A DNA stretch of 64,000 nucleotides from positions 20,462 through 84,461 of IMG/VR virus record IMGVR_UViG_3300039210_000244; one strand, written 5' to 3'. This DNA is from a virus. Position numbers and translations under genes: made by a program. Shown here one piece after another: positions 19,416 through 27,300 of this stretch; position 1 is the first letter of the stretch, and every line of letters begins with the position of its first letter. Below the pieces are notes generated by a model. That model was not told the DNA's origin, did not search any database, and saw only the letters and a program-made list of their open reading frames with translations.

Positions 19416-19452
19416 GAAAATAAAAAGCCCGCCCCAGTTAAGGAGCGGGCTT
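19416..19452 (-). terminator. Intrinsic terminator after major capsid gene
   Basis: AGCCCGCTCC-loop-GGGGCGGGCT followed by a T-run. Confidence 0.8.
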
Positions 19453-19473
19453 GAAGGTATCAGACAGGCTCGC

Positions 19474-21066
19474 TTAGGCCGTCCAATTGAAACCGATCGC
19501 AGCCGCTTTCGTGTTTGCGAGTGATTCCATCGGCGCGAAGGCGCGACGGAACGAGGCAACCACGCAGTTGACCTGCTTCTGCACGTCACGGAACGTTTCG
19601 AGCATGAAGCCACGACGCACGCCAGCGATCCAGGCCGGCTTGTAAACGATCAGGATCGAACCCTTGGTCGTGGTGATGCCATCGTACACGCCGGTAGCGT
19701 TCAAGTCCTCGCGGACCGCAGCCGACGGAACGATGTCGATGCCGAAGACGCTCGGCGCCACACCGGTGAAGATGCGAGCGTTCTGAGTACCGCCGGCCTT
19801 TTCCGCCGTGAGGGTTTCAGGGAGCAGGATCAGATCGTTGTAGGCCAGAGGGCCGGCAATGATCAGGAGTTGCTTCGGGTCCATGCCCCACTTTCCAAGC
19901 AGCTTGCGGAGAGCACCGATGTTGGCCGCGGAGACGCCGCCCGTCGCGAGCGACAACTGGAGCGAAGCCTGCGCGAGCGCGAGCTTGCGGATGCCGTTGA
20001 ACGCGCGGGCAACATGCGTTGCACCGAGAGCGAGGATGTCGGAATCCTGAGCGCCGGTCGTGTCACCACTGACCATCGCGAACTCCAGCGCGGCAGCCGC
20101 GGCTTCACCGAGCTGCGACGTGATGAGCGGGAGAACCGCGATCAACGAGTCCTCATCGGCCTCGTAATCGTAGTTCGTCTGGCCCATGATCTTCGCAGCC
20201 GTCAGCGTCAGCTTGTCAGTGCCAGGGCTCGATTCCGTGGCCGCGGTCGAGGAGGTGCCCAATTGGAACACCGGTCGAGTCGTGGACAGCGGGAACGGGA
20301 ACGGATTGGTCGGCATGTTGACCTCGGTGCCAGCCAGCGCGACCGCCAGCTTGCTTTCGAGGTACAAGCGTTGGAGCAGCGTGCTCGACAGCGTGACGTT
20401 CATCAATTCCAAGCCGCTGCCAGCGGCACCGGAGGTGATCGCTTTGGTTTGGATGCTGGACATCAGGCGCTTTTCAGAGCGCACGCCGCGGTCGGTCGCG
20501 TCTTTCAACACGGACTCCGGAATGCCGTCGTTGATGACTTCGTCCGGGATCGCGCCTTGGCCGAGGAAGCGGCCACCCTTGGTCAGCACGTTGAGGAGCT
20601 GCTTCTGGGAGACCGACAAATTGCCGGCGCGGTGAGCGATGGGGAACTCGATACCGGATTCCTCCGGAAATTCCATTTTAGAAGGAGCGCGGACGCCCTT
20701 GACGGCTTGATCGACGATCGCCTTGACGGCTTCGGCTGTGAGACCGGCGGTGGCCGATTTCTTGACGGCCTCGGCGACGGCGCTCGCGAGAGCGACGGGA
20801 TCGAGGTTTTCGATCTTGATCGCCTTAACGGCGGTCGAGACGATTTCCGTGACCTTGGCTTCGGTGACGTTGCCAGCGGTCGCGTCCTTGACGGCTTTCG
20901 TCACGGTCGCAGTCAGGTCAGCCTCGGTCATCGAGCTTTCGTCGGTGGAAGCAGCGGCCTTCGCTTGAAGGTCGGCGAGTTCGATTTTTTCCTCTGCCGT
21001 ATGACTGGCAGCGGATTTGGCAATCAGCTCTAGGAGCCGTTTGAGTTGTGCAGCGGTGAGTTTCAT
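19474..21066 (-). CDS. Major capsid protein (HK97 fold) with N-terminal scaffold-like region
   Basis: Helical N-terminus; TESSP...LTAAKI...ALEFAMVSGD...FNGI...VFGIDIV; follows protease. Confidence 0.9.
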   Translation of the reverse strand: MKLTAAQLKRLLELIAKSAASHTAEEKIELADLQAKAAASTDESSMTEADLTATVTKAVKDATAGNVTEAKVTEIVSTAVKAIKIENLDPVALASAVAEAVKKSATAGLTAEAVKAIVDQAVKGVRAPSKMEFPEESGIEFPIAHRAGNLSVSQKQLLNVLTKGGRFLGQGAIPDEVINDGIPESVLKDATDRGVRSEKRLMSSIQTKAITSGAAGSGLELMNVTLSSTLLQRLYLESKLAVALAGTEVNMPTNPFPFPLSTTRPVFQLGTSSTAATESSPGTDKLTLTAAKIMGQTNYDYEADEDSLIAVLPLITSQLGEAAAAALEFAMVSGDTTGAQDSDILALGATHVARAFNGIRKLALAQASLQLSLATGGVSAANIGALRKLLGKWGMDPKQLLIIAGPLAYNDLILLPETLTAEKAGGTQNARIFTGVAPSVFGIDIVPSAAVREDLNATGVYDGITTTKGSILIVYKPAWIAGVRRGFMLETFRDVQKQVNCVVASFRRAFAPMESLANTKAAAIGFNWTA

Positions 21067-21180
21067 TGTCGTTCTTTCGTTTCTGTCGTTTCGAGTCGTT
21101 TCGTTTCAGGTTCAGGTTTTCCGAAGGCTACTCCCGCTGAGGGTTTGGCCGTGATCGCCTAAAAAATTTGGGGCGCGCTT

Positions 21181-22212
21181 TCATTCCGTGCGGAGGGATT
21201 TCTTGCTGCGCCAAAACTTGGAGAATGCTTTCTGGCAGTCGGCGGCGCCGAGGCTGCGTGTGCGCACGAGCGCGTCCGGGTTCATCGGGACCGCCACGAG
21301 GCTGATCTCGTACAAATCCGCCGTGTGGATACCGCGACCATCGTCCTCGTAGTACCAGATGCCGCCGATCGACACGCCTTTCAGGTGGCCTTCGACGAGC
21401 TTGTACCGGACATCGCACATCCCGGGCGCGTTGCTGATCCGTCCGCGAACCGCGAGACCTTGCGCGGTGACGCCAACTTTCTCCCAGCTTCCGGCGATGG
21501 CATCGACCTCGTTCTCGTGATCGGTCAGAATCACGGGGTTGGTCATGAACTCCGGGATCGTCGCATCGAATGCGCCCGGGAGAATATAGTCGCCACCGCG
21601 GTCCTTCGGCGTCGTTGAGACGAAGGTGGAGGCGAAGCCTTCGATCACCACGTCCTGATAATCACAGATCGGGCAGTCGGCATCGTCCGCAGCACCGGCG
21701 TCAACCATGCTGGTGCCGTCGGCTGCCGTCTTCGGCGCCATTGGGCGCGGCATGCGAATCGGTTTAGCTTTGCAGTCAGCCGGGAGCGTGAGTGCCGCCG
21801 AGGCTTCAAAAATCTTGATTTGCTGGCCGGAGATCAGCGCCTTGCCGAGTTCGAGATCCGTCTGCTTAACCGCGGTCGTCGCTTCGGTCAGATAGAGCCG
21901 ACCGTCGCGGCCCGGGATCGCCATCTGTGCGATGACGTTCGCGCCCTCGATGCGTAGTGCCTTGCCGGCTACGCGCGCACCCTCGTAGGCAAAGAACACC
22001 GGTTTGCCCAACAACTCTGCCATCGCCTTCTCGTGCGCGTTCGGCGCGAGCAGATTCCCTACGACGTGACGTCCGGTTTCGGACGCGAGCCACGCCTTCA
22101 TCTCCGTTTGGTTGGAGTGATTACGCACGAGCAAAATCTTTTGCGCGGGCTTTTTGAGTTGGAGAATCTTGCTCACGTATTTGGGTTTCACGACGCACCG
22201 CAGGTCGGTCAA
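21181..22212 (-). CDS. HK97-family prohead protease with N-terminal extension (start uncertain)
   Basis: IEGFAST...DRGGDYILPGAF...ILTDH...GVSIGG...LYEISLVAVPMNPDA. Confidence 0.9.
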   Translation of the reverse strand: MTDLRCVVKPKYVSKILQLKKPAQKILLVRNHSNQTEMKAWLASETGRHVVGNLLAPNAHEKAMAELLGKPVFFAYEGARVAGKALRIEGANVIAQMAIPGRDGRLYLTEATTAVKQTDLELGKALISGQQIKIFEASAALTLPADCKAKPIRMPRPMAPKTAADGTSMVDAGAADDADCPICDYQDVVIEGFASTFVSTTPKDRGGDYILPGAFDATIPEFMTNPVILTDHENEVDAIAGSWEKVGVTAQGLAVRGRISNAPGMCDVRYKLVEGHLKGVSIGGIWYYEDDGRGIHTADLYEISLVAVPMNPDALVRTRSLGAADCQKAFSKFWRSKKSLRTE

Positions 22213-22224
22213 ATTTAACGTGAA

Positions 22225-22256
22225 TAAAAAGAGCCGCCCATTTCGGAGCGGCTCTG
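22225..22256 (-). terminator. Intrinsic terminator
   Basis: GAGCCGC-stem-GCGGCTC followed by TTTTT. Confidence 0.75.
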
Positions 22257-22342
22257 TAATGCCTCACGCGGTGTTAGCTACCGGGTGAGGCGAGTGGCCT
22301 AAGAGCCAAGTGGTCCAATAAAGCCGAGCCCTTCAAAAAAAC

Positions 22343-22669
22343 TTAGACGGACCGCGATCCCAAGAAGCCTCGGACCGTGATGGTGCCGGACGCCCACGCA
22401 GAGATCGTCGCGCGAATCGCCTGCCCGAAAAGATTCGGCAGCTGGATCGCCGTCTGTGCACCGACGGTCGTGAATGCGGCCTGCGCCACACGGTGCCAGT
22501 TCGTGCCATCGGGGTTCAAAACCTCGATGGTCAGCGTCATTCCAGCGGTGGCGCCGGCCGTGACCGGGAGAATCACAATCGTATCCTGCCCCTTCTTGGT
22601 CTCGACCGCTTGTCCACTGCCGTTCGCGCCCTGCGCGTTGAGGAGAATAAAATCAGATACAATTTGCAT
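22343..22669 (-). CDS. Small beta-sandwich protein, probably virion-associated
   Basis: Alternating hydrophobic beta pattern; class-II motif upstream. Confidence 0.55.
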   Translation of the reverse strand: MQIVSDFILLNAQGANGSGQAVETKKGQDTIVILPVTAGATAGMTLTIEVLNPDGTNWHRVAQAAFTTVGAQTAIQLPNLFGQAIRATISAWASGTITVRGFLGSRSV

Positions 22670-22719
22670 GGTGCCAACTTTCTTCCGCCGTGCTGGCGGT
22701 CAATTTATTGTGCAAAAAT

Positions 22720-23310
22720 TCAGAGCCACGATGGCCCCTTGACGCCCTTGGGAATGCGCAGAATCAGCCGGACAACGAATTTAAAAATGATGTACGCCTT
22801 GAGCTTCATGCTCTCCACAAACAGCCAGCGGCAGGCACCGTGGAGTCTCACACTGAACGGCACGACCCAGCCAGTGACGACGTACACCGGGAGCGCGTCC
22901 GGGTGAATGAAATCCAGCGACACGCCAGAAGTCATCGCGTAGGTTTGATCCATCCACTGGCCAACCTGGATGTGGGCACCTTGGCGCCCTGGATCGCTGA
23001 GAATCGTTCCGCCGAGATCAATCGCGTGCGAACCACCCTTGACGGTGATCACTTGCCCACCAGCCGGCGCGACACCCAACGTCCCGAATTCACCGCGGAG
23101 CCTGATGTTCGTCGCGACATCAATATCCACCGCATTCTCGCGGAATTGTGGGAGCTTCACGCTCTCGCCGTGCACGTCGGAGACATGCGCGATCTTTAGC
23201 GGCGCGCTCATCGTCGTGTCTGGCGCGGTCGTGAGGTCGAGGCCGTCGAGGCATTCGCCCGCGGTGGCAACCTTCGTATAGGTGTCAATCGTTTCGGAGG
23301 CTGTGTTCAT
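22720..23310 (-). CDS. Hypothetical protein
   Basis: 196-aa ORF; class-II motif upstream. Confidence 0.55.
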   Translation of the reverse strand: MNTASETIDTYTKVATAGECLDGLDLTTAPDTTMSAPLKIAHVSDVHGESVKLPQFRENAVDIDVATNIRLRGEFGTLGVAPAGGQVITVKGGSHAIDLGGTILSDPGRQGAHIQVGQWMDQTYAMTSGVSLDFIHPDALPVYVVTGWVVPFSVRLHGACRWLFVESMKLKAYIIFKFVVRLILRIPKGVKGPSWL

Positions 23311-23361
23311 TCGAGTGTCGCGACTCTCCGAGTGCGAGGTTGTCAGTCAATTTATGGCTGC

Positions 23362-23589
23362 TTAATTCGGCAGCGATTTTTCGGCATCGGCAATCGCGAT
23401 GGCGGCGGGCGCAACCGACACGACATTTGTTGAGCACCCGCTGAGCAGAAAGCCGAGGATCGCCGCGACAACCAACAGACCAACGCGCACGCTGCTATAT
23501 TCGAACAGCGCCAGCACGGCCCGCGCGAAATGTTTCCCCGCGCATCCTGCGTGGTAAGCGGCCTGCTGTGCTGGCGTAAGCGTGCTCAC
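23362..23589 (-). CDS. Small membrane/lipoprotein
   Basis: GTG start; TM helix ending LLSGC. Confidence 0.45.
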   Translation of the reverse strand: MSTLTPAQQAAYHAGCAGKHFARAVLALFEYSSVRVGLLVVAAILGFLLSGCSTNVVSVAPAAIAIADAEKSLPN

Positions 23590-23590
23590 G

Positions 23591-23833
23591 TCATTCCGAC
23601 CTTTTGTTAATCGCGAACAACACCACGACAGCAGCCGCCGATGCGCCTGCAAAGCCAGTTACAGAGCCCGGGATTTCAAGGAGCTTTGAAGCCAAGCCCG
23701 AAAGCCAGAACCACAGCAGACCCGGTAGAATAATCGTGACAAACACGACCGATAAAAACGCGAGACGAGATGAGGAAACGTTGCCGGTTCCGTCGTCGAT
23801 TGCTGAACGTAGCCAATCTGGGATGAGTTTCAT
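23591..23833 (-). CDS. Two-TM holin-like protein
   Basis: DDGTGNVSSSRL then two hydrophobic helices and a charged tail. Confidence 0.55.
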   Translation of the reverse strand: MKLIPDWLRSAIDDGTGNVSSSRLAFLSVVFVTIILPGLLWFWLSGLASKLLEIPGSVTGFAGASAAAVVVLFAINKRSE

Positions 23834-23897
23834 AAATTCTTTATTGGTTTGCGTAGTCTAGGGAGTTGGCACTACCTTGCCGCGTCTCTTCCCCCAC

Positions 23898-24515
23898 ATG
23901 AAATCTCCCCTGTTTGCTTGCTTGTTCGCCGGGCTGTGCGCCTCGGCTTCGGCTTCCGGCTTCGACTGCTCGATACTCAGCCACATCACCTTCGATCAGC
24001 CGTGGCGCGACCTTGATAACTGGTACGCCTATATCGACACGGCGGGAGACGGCGCATACTCCGTGAGCACGTTCGACTCTCAGGGGTACAGCGGAACGCG
24101 GTGGGGGCAGCGAACGATACTGAGCGGGACGGCGGGCGATGGCGTGAACGCAGGAAGCGCCAGTGGCTCCGTAGAAATCTACACGATCTTCTGGTTTGAT
24201 TTTGGCATCGAGGGAGGAGCCCTGAGCTTCACGCATCAACGGCTGGCTAACTACGCCTATGCTTTGGGAAATGCAGACGGCATGGCGTTCGATTCGATTC
24301 TGTTCGATGGTGTCGAGACCAACCGAACGAGCTTCGACGGCCTGCAATTCTGGCATTCCGTGCAGCTCACGACGCGCGTTGAGGGGTGGGCGGTTGAGAA
24401 TAACGAGGCCAGCCATGTGCCGGACGGCGGATCGACCGTTGGGCTGCTTTTGATTGCGTTGTCTGGATTCGCGATTCATAGGGTTTTATGCCTAGTTCAG
24501 AATGTTCAGTTCTAA
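23898..24515 (+). CDS. VPDSG-CTERM-type surface protein
   Basis: Signal peptide MKSPLFACLFAGLCASASA; C-terminal VPDGGST plus TM helix. Confidence 0.8.
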   Translation: MKSPLFACLFAGLCASASASGFDCSILSHITFDQPWRDLDNWYAYIDTAGDGAYSVSTFDSQGYSGTRWGQRTILSGTAGDGVNAGSASGSVEIYTIFWFDFGIEGGALSFTHQRLANYAYALGNADGMAFDSILFDGVETNRTSFDGLQFWHSVQLTTRVEGWAVENNEASHVPDGGSTVGLLLIALSGFAIHRVLCLVQNVQF

Positions 24516-24526
24516 CCCCTGTAAAA

Positions 24527-25072
24527 ATGAAAATCAGAAATATAGTCGCGGGCCTCGGCCTGCTCGCTTCGGTGTTCGCGTGTTCGACCGCTTCGGCCCT
24601 TACTATGTGGCAGTCGCAAACAAGCACGATTGACCAGACCGCGTATATAACGGCTGTTTATGGAGCATTTGCCACCGACGATCTGAACTCGAACGGGGTA
24701 ATTACCGCCGATGAAATATCGCAGCACGCTGACGTTCCTTACGGGGCAACGTTTGCGGGCGTCCGGATTTCGGGCGTAGGCGGCGCACCCGTCGAACTCA
24801 CATGGGGCAATTTTCAATTGGTTCATGCGGTTTACAATTGGCGTTATGCAGTCGGCGACTTCACCGGCATTTTTGCGGGAGGTAGCATTGAGTGGTCGGG
24901 GGATGCCAGCGGAGGGCTGCTAACCGTAACCGCTGGCGGAAACGACCCAGTAGCATACGCCACAACCGGCTTTCTGATGCAGCCCATGCCCGACGCCGGG
25001 CAAACGGCGGGACTTATCGCCTTCGCTCTTGTGGGGCTCGGCTTGATACGTCGAAGGCTTTCGACGGCGTAA
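24527..25072 (+). CDS. VPDSG-CTERM-type surface protein
   Basis: Signal peptide; C-terminal MPDAGQT plus TM plus RRR. Confidence 0.8.
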   Translation: MKIRNIVAGLGLLASVFACSTASALTMWQSQTSTIDQTAYITAVYGAFATDDLNSNGVITADEISQHADVPYGATFAGVRISGVGGAPVELTWGNFQLVHAVYNWRYAVGDFTGIFAGGSIEWSGDASGGLLTVTAGGNDPVAYATTGFLMQPMPDAGQTAGLIAFALVGLGLIRRRLSTA

Positions 25073-25105
25073 CCTGAGAGGAAGAACTCTTGATTCCAAA
25101 ACCGC

Positions 25106-25136
25106 CCTACTCGTAACCGAGTGGGGCTTTTCGTTC
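25106..25136 (+). terminator. Intrinsic terminator of the moron pair
   Basis: GCCCTACTCG-TAAC-CGAGTGGGGC-TTTT. Confidence 0.7.
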
Positions 25137-25163
25137 TGCGCTTACTTTGTTGTGCGGCGTGCA

Positions 25164-27299
25164 TCAGTTGAAAAACAGAGCCCCGCGACGCAACCGTGCA
25201 TGGACGGGTGTGCTTGGGGGCGCCTGAGTTGTCGCGCTGGCGTTTGCCGTGTAGCTGGAGTTTCCGAAGCTATTCACGGCGCGCACACGGTAATAGTACG
25301 TCGTCGAAGCCGACAGACTGGTGTCAGTGTAGGCCGTCGCGTTACTGGCTGTCGTGAAGATCAACGTCCAGCCCGTCGATCCGTCTAAGCTGCGCTCAAT
25401 CTCGAACCCGGTTTCATCGGAGGACGTGTCAACCCACGTTAAATCAATAGACGATGTGGTGAAAGACGGAGCCGCGAGCGTGTTCGGTGCGGTCGGGGCA
25501 GAGCCGGTGCCCGGTGAATAGGCATAGGCCCCAATGTCCCAGCTTGTGCGCGTTGCTCCAGTGATGTCGGTCGTGAAGTAAGCGGATAGGTCTTGCCCGG
25601 CACCAATAAGTGGTGATCCAGCGGTCGGTCGGGCATCCCACGTTGAGGGGTTCCCCGAGGTACTGACTAATGCTGGATCAGCCCACAGGCTATTCAGGTC
25701 CACGCCGCGTTTAGTTTGCCAAGCCGCGAGGGTATTATATGTGGTGTCGTAAATTGCCCGAGCTGCATTACCTCCGTAGAACAAGTTATTGTCTGACGTG
25801 AAGTCGGTTATCTGATCGGCTTGAATAGTAACAACCACGTCAGCGAAGTTTCTAAAAAACGCATTGTTCCTAATATCAACCAATTGGTGCTGATTAACAT
25901 TAGACTCTACCCCTAAACCACGGTTTGATCCTACGAAAGTATTATTCCATATTCGGACAACAGAAGCCATCCCGGGCGAGGCAAAACCCACGTCAATATA
26001 CTCCGAATTGTGGTCGTCCAGAAAAAGACAGTTGTATATGTCCACGCTTGGACCTTGGCTGACATAAATTGATGCCGTTCCTCCATTGCTGGTCTGGTCG
26101 GAATAAAATTTCGAGTTACGAATGACGATATTATCCCACGTCGAGACGAGTCCCGTCGTCCTTAGAAAAATCCCGTCTTGGTGAGGCTTTTCCCCAAACC
26201 CCTGCCAATTAGGGCTATCAAACTCTTTGTAATCATGGAACGTGCAACCGTCAATTAATATGTTCCTAAACGTAGCTCCCGTAGTGTGGACCGCGATGTC
26301 GATTAACCAATGTACATAGTTGTGAAACGTGCATCCTAAAACCGATATGTCGGATATTGTTGCAGACGACTTAATTCCTACTGGATTAGCCATGCGTGTA
26401 AAATCACAGCCAGAAATGGTAATCCCAGTGTTGTTTTCCAGGGCAACCCCACTACCTGTAACGCTATTCCCGCCATCCATAGGAATTATGGGCTGCCACT
26501 GCCCAATTTCAGAAAATGTACAGTTGCTAATCGTGACGTTTGACCCACCTGACGCTAAATAGACTCCACCTCCACCCGGTGGAGTTATAACCGGTCTCCA
26601 GCCATAAACTGTACCTGTACCGGCAGCCGTAAGGTCGAACTGAGAGCCCCCGCTTAGGGTTGAAATAGTAAACTCTGTCGGAGAAATAACCGACTGGACA
26701 TAGTACGGTTTTGCGCTTGTTCCAGAGCCGACTTCACGAGTCAAAGGGGTTGGAAAAGTCCCACCGCCGACGGTGAATTTCACGGTGTTTCCGACAGACA
26801 GCCCGTGCGCCGTTGCGGTCGCAAAGCTGTTGGCCGTTATGTCGATTGTGCACGCTTGTCCCGATGCCCAAATTGGGTCTGTTTCGGCATACCCACCGAT
26901 ATTGTAGTATGCAAAACCAGTGATAACAACATTGCTCTTTGCCGCGCCTCCGTCGGTGAACGCATTTGCGACAACGTTGTTTGACGTTATTACTGCCCTT
27001 GTACCCGCCCCCCACGTACTTCCGTCATAGGTAATAGGACTTGCGGCGCTTCCGCTGGAAAGTGTGAGCCCGGCCGAACCTACAACATAAGAAACGTCGT
27101 TCTTAAATTGTACTGTATCACCAGCTAAAAATGTCGTAGATGAAGCGAGACCTGTGGCTAGCGGGTCGCCATGACAGTGTTTCCAGGGCGTGGAGGTCGT
27201 AGTTCCGTTTGCGGAATCAGAACCGGTCGCGTAATCGACGTAGTATGTAGATGCCGAAACGGTCGCGAACGACAATAGGAATATAATTATGGCGCGCAT
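25164..27299 (-). CDS. Parallel beta-helix (pectate-lyase-like) protein with signal peptide and C-terminal Fn3 domain
   Basis: TYYVDYATGSDSANG...PWK; repeated N(V/I)TI..C.F rungs; AGSPLIGAG...DIGAY; Fn3 LTWVDTSSDETGFEIER...YYYRVRAVN. Confidence 0.85.
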   Translation of the reverse strand: MRAIIIFLLSFATVSASTYYVDYATGSDSANGTTTSTPWKHCHGDPLATGLASSTTFLAGDTVQFKNDVSYVVGSAGLTLSSGSAASPITYDGSTWGAGTRAVITSNNVVANAFTDGGAAKSNVVITGFAYYNIGGYAETDPIWASGQACTIDITANSFATATAHGLSVGNTVKFTVGGGTFPTPLTREVGSGTSAKPYYVQSVISPTEFTISTLSGGSQFDLTAAGTGTVYGWRPVITPPGGGGVYLASGGSNVTISNCTFSEIGQWQPIIPMDGGNSVTGSGVALENNTGITISGCDFTRMANPVGIKSSATISDISVLGCTFHNYVHWLIDIAVHTTGATFRNILIDGCTFHDYKEFDSPNWQGFGEKPHQDGIFLRTTGLVSTWDNIVIRNSKFYSDQTSNGGTASIYVSQGPSVDIYNCLFLDDHNSEYIDVGFASPGMASVVRIWNNTFVGSNRGLGVESNVNQHQLVDIRNNAFFRNFADVVVTIQADQITDFTSDNNLFYGGNAARAIYDTTYNTLAAWQTKRGVDLNSLWADPALVSTSGNPSTWDARPTAGSPLIGAGQDLSAYFTTDITGATRTSWDIGAYAYSPGTGSAPTAPNTLAAPSFTTSSIDLTWVDTSSDETGFEIERSLDGSTGWTLIFTTASNATAYTDTSLSASTTYYYRVRAVNSFGNSSYTANASATTQAPPSTPVHARLRRGALFFN

Positions 27300-27300
27300 T

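Noticed and set aside
19870-21033. 387-aa + strand ORF, likewise 33797-34990, 50968-51942 and 57244-58056
   Set aside because: Antisense to capsid, gpF and clamp genes; expected from GC-rich codon bias; no motifs
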